Source of the DNA: an uncultured Thermoleophilia bacterium
GTDB taxonomy: Bacteria > Actinomycetota > Thermoleophilia > UBA2241
Length of the DNA: 64,000 nucleotides
Direction: 5' to 3'
Assembly (NCBI GenBank): GCA_963702475.1
Contig: CAVPCT010000003.1
Coordinates: 512,001 to 576,000, forward strand
The notes beneath the pieces were generated by a model, which saw only the letters and a list, made by a program, of their open reading frames with translations, did no database searches and had not been told where the DNA came from. Each line of letters begins with the position of its first letter. The stretch's first letter is position 1. Both the position numbers and the translations under genes were made by a program. Positions 48,979-58,731 of the stretch are shown here, piece by piece.

Positions 48979-50037
48979 TCACGCCTCGTACACCTCCACC
49001 TCGACCGCCTTCACCGACACGAACACGGGGCCGCCGTCGTCCAGGTGCATCGAGGCGACGGCGCCATGGGTGACCTCGGCGATGATGGGCAGGTCGCCGC
49101 TCACGTGCGCGCGCACGTGGTTGCCGACGACGTCGAGGTCCTCGACGACGCCTCTCCAGACGTTGCGCGGAGAGCCCTCGGGCAGCGAGCGGTGCAGAGC
49201 CACGGCGCGCGGCGGGATCACGGCGAACACTTCACCGCTGAGCGGGAGCGGGTCGGCGGCGATGAGGCGGTGGCCGCCGGTGAGTACGACGGCGCGCTCC
49301 TCGGCGCGGCCGCGGTACAGGTTCATGCCCAGGAGCTCGGCGACATAGCGCGAGCGCGGGTGCGACGAGAGCTCCTCCGGCGTGCCGGTCTGGACCACGC
49401 GCCCGCCCTCCAGCACGACAAGCCGGTCGGCGAGCGTCATGGCCTCGATGGGGTCGTGGGTGATCACGAGGCAGGTGCCCTCGTAGGCGGCAAGGTGACG
49501 GGAGAGCGCCCGCCGCAGGTCGGCGCGGGCGCCGGCGTCCATGGCGGCCAGCGGCTCGTCGAGCAGCAGGAGCCGCGGGTCGGTCGCCAGGGCCCGCGCC
49601 AGGGCGGCGCGCTGTGCCTGACCGCCGGAGAGGGCGCGCGGCTTTGCCGAGGCGCACGCGTCGAGGCCGACGCGCGCCAGCCAGGCCTGTGCGGCGGCGC
49701 GCGCGGCGGGGCGGTTCGCGCCGCGCGACCGCAGGCCGAACGCCACGTTCTCCAGCACCGTCAGGTGCGGGAACAGCAGGTAGTCCTGGAAGACGACGCC
49801 GATCGCGCGCTGCTCGGTGGGCACGTGGACGCCGGCGGCCGGGTCGTCCAGCACGCTTCCATCCAGGACGACCCGGCCGCCGTCCAGCGGGATCAGGCCG
49901 GCGAGCGCCCGCAGCAGCGTTGTCTTGCCGGCCGCGTTGGGACCGAGCAGGGCCACCACCGTCCCGCTCGCCACGGCGAGCTCCACGTCGAGCGCCAGCT
50001 CACCTTTGCGCAGCGCGACGGCCGCTTCCAGGCTCAC
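48979..50037 (-). CDS. modC: Molybdate ABC transporter ATPase with TOBE domains
   Basis: GPNAAGKTT, VFQDYLLFPHL, LSGGQAQR.ALARALA, LLLDEP, GSPRNVW, SVKAVEV. Confidence 0.9.
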   Translation of the reverse strand: MSLEAAVALRKGELALDVELAVASGTVVALLGPNAAGKTTLLRALAGLIPLDGGRVVLDGSVLDDPAAGVHVPTEQRAIGVVFQDYLLFPHLTVLENVAFGLRSRGANRPAARAAAQAWLARVGLDACASAKPRALSGGQAQRAALARALATDPRLLLLDEPLAAMDAGARADLRRALSRHLAAYEGTCLVITHDPIEAMTLADRLVVLEGGRVVQTGTPEELSSHPRSRYVAELLGMNLYRGRAEERAVVLTGGHRLIAADPLPLSGEVFAVIPPRAVALHRSLPEGSPRNVWRGVVEDLDVVGNHVRAHVSGDLPIIAEVTHGAVASMHLDDGGPVFVSVKAVEVEVYEA

Positions 50038-50059
50038 GCGCTCGCCTCCGCCGGCCGGC

Positions 50060-50998
50060 TCATCTGCTCGGGAACCACCGGCCGCGAAGGGCGACCAGTA
50101 CCGTGAGGCAGATGGCCAGCATGACCAGGCTCAGGGCGATGGCCGAGTCGGGGTCGTTCTGCAGTGCGAGATAGACCGCCAGAGGCATGGTCTGCGTGCT
50201 GCCCGGCAGGTTGCCGGCGAAGGTGATGGTGGCGCCGAACTCGCCGAGGGCGCGGGCCCAGCCCAGCGCGGCGCCGGCGCCCAGCGCCGGCGCGATCAGC
50301 GGCAGGGTCACGCGCCGGAACACAGTCCAGCGTCCGGCGCCAAGTGTGGCCGCCGCGTCCTCGTAGCGCCGATCCATGGCGCGGATGCCGGCCTCCACGG
50401 TGATGATCACGAACGGCATGGCGACGAAGGCCTCGGCGACGATGACGCCGGCCGTTGTGAACGGGAGCGTGAGCCCGAAGGCGTGGTCGAGCACCTGACC
50501 CGCCACGCCGTTGCGCCCGAAGGCGAGCAGCAGCGCCACCCCGCCCACCACCGGCGGCAGCACCATGGGGAGCAGTACGACAGCCCGCACGAGGTTGCGG
50601 CCACGGAACGGTACGCGTGCGAGCAGCCAGGCGAGCGGGACACCGAGCACGAGTGATACGGCGAGGGCCCCGAAGGAGCAGACGAGTGACAGTCTGAGCG
50701 CGGTGAGCACGCCCGGCGCGCCGAGGTCCGAGAGCAGGTGGGGCCAGGGGGCGCGGATCACGAGGGCGGCCAGCGGCAGAGCCAGGAAGGCGACGGCGAG
50801 CACGGCGAGCGGTACGAAGCCGAATGGTGCGCCGGCGCCGCGGCGGGCCGGCGCCTCCGAGCCTCTGCGCTTCCGGCCCCGCGCCCACGGCGACGGCGCT
50901 CCGGCCGGCACGAGCGCGTCACCGGTCACCACGGCGAGGTTCGCCGCGGCCTCCCGCGTGCGCCCTCCCCCCTCGGTCATGTCTGCGCGCTCGTCCAT
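50060..50998 (-). CDS. modB: Molybdate ABC transporter permease
   Basis: LPMVLPPVVGGVALL.AFGR.G, FVAMPF, EDAAATLGA, WARALGEFGATITFAGN.PG.TQTMPLAVY; start uncertain. Confidence 0.93.
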   Translation of the reverse strand: MDERADMTEGGGRTREAAANLAVVTGDALVPAGAPSPWARGRKRRGSEAPARRGAGAPFGFVPLAVLAVAFLALPLAALVIRAPWPHLLSDLGAPGVLTALRLSLVCSFGALAVSLVLGVPLAWLLARVPFRGRNLVRAVVLLPMVLPPVVGGVALLLAFGRNGVAGQVLDHAFGLTLPFTTAGVIVAEAFVAMPFVIITVEAGIRAMDRRYEDAAATLGAGRWTVFRRVTLPLIAPALGAGAALGWARALGEFGATITFAGNLPGSTQTMPLAVYLALQNDPDSAIALSLVMLAICLTVLVALRGRWFPSR

Positions 50999-51017
50999 GG
51001 TGCCCGGCGCCCTCAGC

Positions 51018-51872
51018 TCACTCCGCTGCCCCGAAGCCGAAGCGGCGGAGCGTCTGCTGCCCGGCGTCCGAGAGCACGTACTTGACGAACTGGTCGGCCA
51101 TGAACGTGGAGCCGGCCTCCTTCAGCGTCGCGATGGGGTAGGTGGCCGTGACGTTCTGGTCGCTGGGGATGGTCACCCCGCCGACCTCGCCGCCGGCGGC
51201 CCGCACGTCGCTCACGTAGACGATGCCCGCGTCGGCCTCACCGAGCGCTACCTTGGCGACCACGCCCTTGACGTTCTCCTCGAGCGACACCGGTTTCACC
51301 TTCACGCCCGCGCGCGCGAGGACGTCCGCGGAGTACCTGCCGGCGGGGACCTCGGGCGCGGCCAGGACGACCTTGAGGTCAGGGTCGGCCAGCGAAGCGA
51401 GGCCGGTGACGCCGAGCGGGTTCTCGGGCGCGACGGCGACGGCGAGCTCGTTGGTCGCGAACACCTGAGGAGTGGTCGTGTCGCCGCTGACCCTCTCCAT
51501 GGTCGACGTGTCGGCGGTGGCGAGCACATCGGCCGGCGCCCCTTGTCCGATCTGGGCCACCAGGTCCTGGCTCCCGGCGAAGTCGAACACGACCTTCACG
51601 CCGGGGTGGTCCTGCTCGAAGTCGGCGCCGATCTCGGTGAACGCCTCGCTCAGCGACGCCGCCGCGAGGACGTGCAGCGTGGTCGCATCGTCCCCGGACG
51701 AACCGCCGCAGGCAGCAGAACCCAGCAGGCTCGCGACGGCGAGGGCGAGGAACGCCGCGAAGGCAAGCCTGCGTGCGAGACAGGCGAGAGGTGGTGGCTG
51801 AGCCACCGGCCCGGCCGCCCGCGGCGGTCCTGCCCCGGCGGCCCGACCCGGCGGGGTCGAGCGACGAGTCAT
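51018..51872 (-). CDS. modA: Molybdate ABC transporter binding lipoprotein
   Basis: Lipobox SAAC, AAASL.EAF, FAGS..L..QI..GAPADV, VPAG.Y, GEADAGIVY.SD; SD AAAGGAG. Confidence 0.93.
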   Translation of the reverse strand: MTRRSTPPGRAAGAGPPRAAGPVAQPPPLACLARRLAFAAFLALAVASLLGSAACGGSSGDDATTLHVLAAASLSEAFTEIGADFEQDHPGVKVVFDFAGSQDLVAQIGQGAPADVLATADTSTMERVSGDTTTPQVFATNELAVAVAPENPLGVTGLASLADPDLKVVLAAPEVPAGRYSADVLARAGVKVKPVSLEENVKGVVAKVALGEADAGIVYVSDVRAAGGEVGGVTIPSDQNVTATYPIATLKEAGSTFMADQFVKYVLSDAGQQTLRRFGFGAAE

Positions 51873-51878
51873 GTCCCT

Positions 51879-52018
51879 CGCTCCTTTCCAAGCACGGGGA
51901 GGTCGAGGCGTTTCCACCCCGGCCCACGGCGGCGACACCTCGCCGCCCCACGGTCTTTCCGTGGTACGGCCCGGCGCCCGTAGCAGGCGGGCTGCCGTAG
52001 GGCGAAGGGCTTGGAGTC
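51879..52018 (-). promoter_or_regulatory. Moco RNA motif (molybdenum cofactor riboswitch candidate) upstream of modABC-mobB
   Basis: Minus strand starts CTCCAAGC and ends CCTCCCCGTGCTTGGAAAGGAG, matching the recalled moaA-leader 3' signature CCUCCCGUAUUUGGAAAGG with SD in P1; stems CGCCC..GGGCG, CCACGG-AAAGA-CCGTGG, GGGGTG-GAAA-CGCCTC. Confidence 0.8.
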
Positions 52019-52106
52019 GGACGGGCAGAAGGGTAGCACGGTGGTCGGCGGGTGTGCCAGTCGGCCGGCGGCCTTGTGGCCGGGGCCGCGAGGCCCGCGG
52101 GGACAC

Positions 52107-53243
52107 CTACCGGTCGAAGCCGGCGAGATCGAAGCGCCGGACCAGGTACTCGGCCAGGGCCGGCACCTCGTCGCGGGCGAAGCGGTGGTGGTGTGGCAGG
52201 TCCTCATCGGTGACGAGCGCCAGGGTGACCTGCGCGTCGAGCAGCGGGGCCTCACGGCCCTCGCCGGGGCTGAAGACCTCCACGACCCAGGGCGTCTCGT
52301 GGCGGTACCCTTCGCACACCACGACGTCGTAGGAGCTGAAGTAGCGCGAGACGATCCTGTGCAGGCTGGGCTCGCCGGTCAGGTCGCTGACGAAGGCGAA
52401 CCGCGATGCCGATCCGACGGCGTAGGCGTGCGCGCCGGCCTGGCTGTGACGCCACGAGTCCTTGCCCGGAGTGTCGATGTCGAAGCGTGCCACGCGCTTG
52501 ATGGCTGCCACGCTGAGGCCGCGGCGCGTGAGCTCCGGGATGAGCCTCTCGACGAGTGTCGTCTTGCCGCTCCCCGAGCGGCCGACGACGCCGAGCACGA
52601 GCGGCCCGGAGCCCGTGGCGCCGGGTCCGGCGGCCTCGTCCGGCGCCTCGCCGGCGAGGCGCCGCGCCTCGGCCCAGTCGCCCGGCGTGTTGACGTTGAA
52701 GAACGGCGCCGGGTCGGCGAACGGGATCCGGCGCACCCGCACCAGCGGGAAGAGATCGAGGATGCTGTGCGCGCCGGCGGCCAGCAGCGCCTCGATGTGC
52801 GGCAGGCAGCCAGGCGCATACACGGCGTGCAGCGGCTCCCAGTGGTCGCCGACGACCGGCGTCGCGACGTCCACGCCGGCGGCCTCGCGAAGCACACGCT
52901 CGACGGCCGAGGTCTGCGGAAACGCCACGTCGGTCGCCAGCGCGAAGAACGGCTCGCCGTACCGCGTGAGCACTGAGGCGATCCCGGCGAGCGGCGAGCC
53001 GGTGACGACGTCGGGCACGACCTCCACGCCTGCCGGCAGGTCCTCCGGCGCCTGTGCGGCGTCTCGCACCGAGAGCGCGACGACAGGGAAGATGCCGCGC
53101 AGGAACGCGAGGTTGCGCTGCAGGAGGGTCTCGCCGCCCAGGCTGAGGCGTCGCTTGTCGCGCCCCAGGCGGCGTGCCTCGCCGCCGGCGAGCAGGGCGG
53201 CGACGCGGATGCCGTACGTGTCGATGCGGGCGGACTGGCTCAC
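52107..53243 (-). CDS. mobAB: MobA-MobB fusion (Mo cofactor guanylyltransferase plus MobB domain)
   Basis: LLAGGEARRLGRDK, PLAGI, EPLHAVY, FFNVNTP.D, then VVGRSGSGKTTL...DIDTPGKDSWRH. Confidence 0.9.
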   Translation of the reverse strand: MSQSARIDTYGIRVAALLAGGEARRLGRDKRRLSLGGETLLQRNLAFLRGIFPVVALSVRDAAQAPEDLPAGVEVVPDVVTGSPLAGIASVLTRYGEPFFALATDVAFPQTSAVERVLREAAGVDVATPVVGDHWEPLHAVYAPGCLPHIEALLAAGAHSILDLFPLVRVRRIPFADPAPFFNVNTPGDWAEARRLAGEAPDEAAGPGATGSGPLVLGVVGRSGSGKTTLVERLIPELTRRGLSVAAIKRVARFDIDTPGKDSWRHSQAGAHAYAVGSASRFAFVSDLTGEPSLHRIVSRYFSSYDVVVCEGYRHETPWVVEVFSPGEGREAPLLDAQVTLALVTDEDLPHHHRFARDEVPALAEYLVRRFDLAGFDR

Positions 53244-53416
53244 GGTCCCCGCAGTCTAGCCTACGACGCACCGGCGTCGCGCCCGGCCGGGCGGTTCCCC
53301 CGTTGTGCGGACCCGAACGCATGCATCGCCGCGCTCGGCCGGCCGGTCCGCACGTGCCTCCGCCTCCGCCCCTGCCGTATGATGCGGTCAGGGCACGGAG
53401 CGACGGAGGAGGAATC

Positions 53417-53704
53417 GTGGCGCTGCTCATCATCAACCACGTCGTCGGCAACTACGAGACGTTCAAGGAAGTCTTCCTGGACGACGAGGAGCGCCGCAGG
53501 CGCCTGGGCTCGAAGGGTGCGCGAGTGTACCGCATCGCCGGCGAGCCCAACAACATCCGCGTCGTGCTCGAGTTCGACACGGTCGAGCAGGCCCACGAGC
53601 ACGCCGAGGGCCTTGAGTTGCACGAAGCCATCAAGTGGGCCACCGGTAACGTGTCCATGCCGCGCTTCGAGGTGCTCGAGCACATCATGGACACCGAGGC
53701 CTGA
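53417..53704 (+). CDS. Small dimeric alpha/beta-barrel-like (ABM/cyclase-type) protein
   Basis: SD GGAGGAGG plus GTG; H.V.NY..FK..F...RR..G.....VYR....PN.I.V..EFD pattern; 95 aa. Confidence 0.7.
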   Translation: MALLIINHVVGNYETFKEVFLDDEERRRRLGSKGARVYRIAGEPNNIRVVLEFDTVEQAHEHAEGLELHEAIKWATGNVSMPRFEVLEHIMDTEA

Positions 53705-53790
53705 GCGGGTCTCTCACGCCGGCTTTCGCGTCCTCGCGCGGCGCCGGGGTCCCGCTGGGACCCCGGCGCCGCGCTCGCGTCGGGTAGCAG

Positions 53791-53854
53791 TTGACTCTCC
53801 GCCCCGCGCCGGTAGGATTCCCATAGTGCGGACAGCCGATTCCGCATGCCGGAA
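53791..53854 (+). promoter_or_regulatory. athL promoter with tandem IclR-type boxes
   Basis: TTGACT-16-TAGGAT; TCCCATAGTGCGGAC (53819-33)-N6-TTCCGCATGCCGGAA (53840-54). Confidence 0.7.
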
Positions 53855-53913
53855 CACCAGCGGGCGTCCGCCGTGGGCGCTCTCCATCCCAACGACCAGG
53901 CGGAGGTCACGGT

Positions 53914-56518
53914 ATGGGTCATACGCAGAGGATGACGAACGCCACCACCGGCGGTCCCCTCTTCGTCGACGTGGAGGACGGGAAGATCGTGCGCATGTTC
54001 CCGATCGACCTCGACGAGGAGGACAAGGGCGACTGGGTGATCGAGGCGCGGGGCAGGAAGTTCAGCCCCCCGCGCCGCACCACGCTCTCCCCGCACGCGC
54101 AGGCGCAGCGCTCTATGGTCTACTCGCCGAACCGGATCCTGTACCCGATGAAGCGTGTGGACTGGGACCCGGAGGGCGAGCGCAACATCCAGAACCGCGG
54201 CGTGAGCGGCTACGAGCGCATCAGCTGGGACGAGGCCCTCGACCTGGTCACCACCGAGCTCGTCCGCGAGAAGCGCGAGAACGGTCCCGGATCCATCCTC
54301 ACCACCTGCAGCTCGCACCACCTGTGGGGCAACCTGGGCTACCGGCACAGCGCCTACTACAGGTTCCTGAACCTCATGGGCATGGTCCACACGGCCCACA
54401 ACCCGGACAGCTGGGAAGGCTGGCACTGGGGCGCCATGCCCATGTGGGGCAACTCGCACCGCCTCGGGATCCCGGAGCAGTACGACCTCCTCGAGGACGC
54501 CCTCAAGCACACCGAGATGATCGTGTTCTGGTCGTCCGATCCGGAGTCCACCGGCGGCGGCATCTACAGTGCCTTCGAGAGCACTTCACGGCGCTACTGG
54601 ATGAAGGAGCTCGGCATCAAGATGGTGTTCGTCGACCCGTACTACAACCCGACCGCCGAGCTGTTCAGCGACAAGTGGTTCGCACCGCGCCTGGGCACCG
54701 ACGTCGCCTTCGGCCTCGGCATCGCCCACGTGTGGCTGGCCGAGGACCTGTACGACAAGGAGTACGTGGCCGCGCGCACCCACGGGTTCGACGAGTGGAA
54801 GGACTACGTCCTCGGGCAAGACGGACAACGTGCCGAAGACGCCGGAGTGGGCCGAGACCGAGACCGGCGTCCCCGCCCGCCAGATCCGCGCCCTGGCCCG
54901 CGAGTGGGGCACGAAGAAGACCATGCTCGCCGCCGGCGGCCTGGGCGGCTGGGGCGGTGCCTGCCGCTCCGCCACCGGCAACGAGTGGGCGCGCACCATG
55001 GTCGCCCTGGCCGCCATGCAGGGCTACGGCAAGCCGGGCGTCAACATCTGGGGCACCTCGCAGGGGGCGCCGTCGGACTGCGCCTTCGTCTTTCCCGGCT
55101 ACGCCGAGGGCGGCATGTCCGGCGACCCTGAGAAGTCGGCGGCGGCCTACCGCATGCTCTACCGCCTGTTCGCCCACGACACCGGCCTGCATCCCACGGT
55201 GAACGCGCACGACTCCACCGAGGGCATAGCCGTCCCGCGCCTGCGCATCCCCGAGGCGATGATGCACGAGAAGTTCGAGTGGCGCGGCAAGGGCTTCTGC
55301 GGTCCCAGCATCCAGAGCCAGATGCAGAAGTACGAGTACCCGGCCCCGGGTTACCCCTTCGTGACCATGTACTGGCGCTACGGCGGCTCGTTCTTCGGCA
55401 CCATGCAGCAGACCAACCGCTACGTGAAGGCGTACCGCGAGGGCGGCGTGCGCACCGTGGTCAACCAGTCCATCTGGATGGAGGGCGAGGCCAAGTACGC
55501 CGACATCATCCTGCCGGCCTGCACCAATTTCGAGCGCTGGGACATGAGCGAGTTCGGCAACTGCTCGGGCTACATCCCGGACAACCACAACCAGACCAAC
55601 CACCGCGTGATCGTCTTCCAGAAGAAGTGCATCGAGCCGCTCGGCGAGAGCAAGTCGGACTACGACATCTTCGCCGCCGTGGCCGGGCGCATGGGCCTGG
55701 GCGACGTGTTCACCGAGGGCGGCATGGACGAGTACGACTGGTGCCGCGCCTACTTCGACGCCACCGACCTCCCGAAGATCACCACCTGGGAGCGGTTCGA
55801 GAAGAAGGGCTACGTGGTGGTGCCCTTCCCCGACGACTACAAGAGCACGCCGGCCATGCGCTGGTTCGCCGAGGGCCGCAAGCGCGACACCCCGGACTGG
55901 GGCCCGCGCCCGGGCGACACGGTGGGCTTCCACGGCCTGCAGACGCCGTCCGGCAAGATCGAGTTCGTGAGCAAGACGCTCCAGAACTTCGAGCTGACGG
56001 TCAAGGACCCCGAGCGGCCGGCCATGGGCCCGCAGTTCATCCCCAGCTGGGAGGGCCACCACACCACCGAGCTGTACGACAGGTACCCGCTGCAGATGGT
56101 GAGCCCGCACCCGCGCTTCAGCTTCCACACCATGGGCGACTCCAAGGGCACGTGGCTGAACGAGGTCGACGAGCACCGCATCCTGCACGACGACGGCCAC
56201 CGCTACTGGATCATCCGGCTCAACTCCAAGGACGCGGAGGCGCGCGGCCTCGCCGACGGCGACCTCGTGCGCGCCTACAACGACCGCGGCGAGGTCATCC
56301 TGCACGTCCAGCTGACGGAACGGGTGGCCCCCGGTACGGTACACTCCTACGAGAGCTGCGCCGACTACCTGCCCACCGGCGAGCCGGGGGCGTCGGCCGA
56401 CGTGGCCGGGTGCGTGAACATCCTGACCAGCAAACGGTTCATCACGCCGACGTCCAACGCAATGTCGAACAACTCCTGCCTCATCCAGGTCGAGAAGTGG
56501 GAGGGGAAGGCCTCATGA
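53914..56518 (+). CDS. athL: Pyrogallol hydroxytransferase (transhydroxylase) alpha subunit homologue (apparent +1 frameshift at ~54815)
   Basis: TN..TGGP, SSHHLWGNLGYRHS, HNPDSWEGWHWG, GGLGGWGGACR, FPGYAEGG, GKGF, NCSGYIPDN, DTPDWGPR match recalled Pelobacter acidigallici AthL; deleting one G restores YVLGKTD. Confidence 0.88.
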
Positions 56519-57348
56519 AGAGCTGGCACATGACCATCGACGTGGAGCGCTGCCACGACTGCAACGACTGCTTTCTCGCCGACAAGGACGAGTTCGTCGG
56601 CAACGACTTCCCGCCCTACTCGGCCCCCCAGCCCTGGCACGGCCACCGCTGGATGAACATCAAGCGCAAGGAGCGCGGCCAGTACCCCATCGTGCAGACT
56701 GCCTACCTGCCGACGCCGTGCATGCACTGCGACGCGGCGCCGTGCCTCACCGCCGACGGCGCCGTGCACAAGCGCGCGGACGGCCTCGTCATCATCGACC
56801 CGGTCAAGGCCAAGGGCCGCAAGGAGATCGTCGCGAGCTGCCCCTACAGCGTCATCTACTGGAACGACGAGCTCGAGCTGCCGCAGAAGTGCACCGGCTG
56901 CGCCCACCTGCTCGACGACGGCTGGACCGAGACGCGTTGCAGCCAGGTGTGCCCCACGGAGGCGATCAAGTACGTCTCCTGCGAGGAGGCCGAGTTCGAC
57001 GCGCTCGTGGCCGCCGAGGGCCTCGAGCGCTACCGCGGCAACCTCGGCACCCAGCCGCGCGTCTGGTACAAGAACCTGCACCGCTGGGAGAAGGCCTTCG
57101 TGGCCGCCAGCGTGGTCCGCGGCGACGACGACGAGTGCGCCGAGGGCGCGACCATGAGCGTGGCCCGCGGCGGCCAGGCCTGCGGCGAGGCCGCCGCCGA
57201 CCTCTTCGGCGAGGTGCTCGTCGACAAGCTCGCGCCGGGCGCCGAGTACGACGTCACCATCACGCTCGACGGCTACGAGCCGGCGCAGTGCACGGTGACG
57301 CTGGAGAAGAGCCTCAACCTCGGGACGATCACCCTGGCCGAGGCCTGA
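56515..57348 (+). CDS. bthL: Transhydroxylase beta subunit homologue (three Fe-S clusters)
   Basis: GHRWMNI.R.ERG.YP, PTPCMHC..APC, IIDP.KAKG.KE...CPY, QKCT.CAHLLDD, PRV.YKNL.R.EK; ATGA coupling. Confidence 0.88.
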   Translation: MKSWHMTIDVERCHDCNDCFLADKDEFVGNDFPPYSAPQPWHGHRWMNIKRKERGQYPIVQTAYLPTPCMHCDAAPCLTADGAVHKRADGLVIIDPVKAKGRKEIVASCPYSVIYWNDELELPQKCTGCAHLLDDGWTETRCSQVCPTEAIKYVSCEEAEFDALVAAEGLERYRGNLGTQPRVWYKNLHRWEKAFVAASVVRGDDDECAEGATMSVARGGQACGEAAADLFGEVLVDKLAPGAEYDVTITLDGYEPAQCTVTLEKSLNLGTITLAEA

Positions 57349-57549
57349 GAGGGTGCGGGCGCGGGGCCGGCCCGGCGCCCGCACCCACAGGCCGGTGGCG
57401 GTCGGTGACGCCGCGACGGTCGCCCGTGCCTTCGGTCTGACGCCGCCGCCGCTCCCTCTCGTCCCCGGCGACGGCGACACCACGGAGTGGTTCGGCCGCG
57501 GGACCGGCGTTGGGCGAGGCGGGGCGATGGCAGCGATGCGGGCGGGTCC

Positions 57550-57616
57550 TTGACGCGGTACTCACCCGTCCGTAGCATCGCGCCCGTATGATGAGCTGTA
57601 CGTCCGCATTATGGAC
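57550..57616 (+). promoter_or_regulatory. iclR promoter with tandem boxes (probable autoregulation)
   Basis: TTGACG-17-TAGCAT; GCCCGTATGATGAGC (57582-96)-N5-GTCCGCATTATGGAC (57602-16). Confidence 0.7.
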
Positions 57617-57724
57617 GCATGCCGGTCCCGATGGCCCCGTCACGGTCTGCGCGCAGGCGGCTGCGCGGCGCACGACCGGACGGGGCGCAGGATGCGCGCC
57701 CGCGCGACGCGAGGAGAAGACGGA

Positions 57725-58528
57725 GTGAGCGATACGAGGACCGAGGGCAGCCGGGCCAACCCGCCCGAGCGGCGCATGGGCGTGCAGGTCATCGCCCGCG
57801 CCGCCGAGATCTGCCGCGAGCTGGCGACCGCGGTCGACGGGCTCACCACCGTGGAGCTGGCGGAGCGGCTCGGCCTGTCGCGCCCGACGGTCTACCGCAT
57901 CCTGAGGGCTCTGGCGGACGAGGACTTCGTGCGCGAGTTGTCGCGCGGCCGCTACGCCGTCGGGCCGGCGTTCCTCGTCATCGGCGGGTCGACCTACGGT
58001 GGGCTCCGCCACGACATGCGTCCGTTCATGCGGGAGCTCTCCAACGAACTGGGCGAGACGATCGACCTGGCCATGCTCGACAACGGCGAGGCGCTGTTCG
58101 TCGACCAGTTCGTCTCCGTGCGCGGCCTTCGCGTGGTCGCCCACATGGGCGCGCGGCTGCCGCTCCACTGCACCGCGAGCGGCAAGGCGCTGCTCGCGGC
58201 GCTGGAGCCCGACGAGGTCGGCCGGGCGCTCGCCGAACGCCTGAGCGTGTTCACGCCCAACACCGTCACCGACAAGGCCGTGTTGTTCCAGGAGCTCGGC
58301 CGCGTGCGCGCCGAGGGCGTGGCCTACGACTACGAGGAGTACGTGATGGGCGTGTGCGCCGTGGCGACGCCCGTGACGGACGCCGTGGGGGCCGTGGCCG
58401 CACTCACGGTCGAGGTGCCGGCGGCGCGCTTCCGCGGCAGCGAGGAGCGCATCGTCGATGCCCTGCTGCGCTGCCGGACGCAGGCGCACCGCGCCCTGCT
58501 CGGCTCAGAGCAGCCACATCCGGCCTGA
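57725..58528 (+). CDS. IclR family transcriptional regulator
   Basis: VQVIARA..I, ELAERLGLSRPTVYRIL, L.ETIDL, G.RLPLHCTASGKALLA, D.EEY..GV.AVA.P. Confidence 0.95.
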   Translation: MSDTRTEGSRANPPERRMGVQVIARAAEICRELATAVDGLTTVELAERLGLSRPTVYRILRALADEDFVRELSRGRYAVGPAFLVIGGSTYGGLRHDMRPFMRELSNELGETIDLAMLDNGEALFVDQFVSVRGLRVVAHMGARLPLHCTASGKALLAALEPDEVGRALAERLSVFTPNTVTDKAVLFQELGRVRAEGVAYDYEEYVMGVCAVATPVTDAVGAVAALTVEVPAARFRGSEERIVDALLRCRTQAHRALLGSEQPHPA

Positions 58529-58636
58529 CGGCCGCCCGCCCGCGCGCTCAGGTCGGCCGGCGACCGCGGGCCCGGCGCCGGCCGCCATCGCCGGCGCTCC
58601 TGCTGTTGCCCACCCGCGCGCTCCACTCACAGGTGC

Positions 58637-58703
58637 TTGACCGACCGGTTCCGGCGTCTTAGTATTCCGTCCACAATGTGAGCGATATGTCCGCATTGTG
58701 AGC
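58637..58703 (+). promoter_or_regulatory. Binding-protein promoter with tandem boxes
   Basis: TTGACC-17-TAGTAT; GTCCACAATGTGAGC (58669-83)-N5-GTCCGCATTGTGAGC (58689-703). Confidence 0.75.
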
Positions 58704-58731
58704 TGTGACTCACTACCAAGGGGGACCACGG

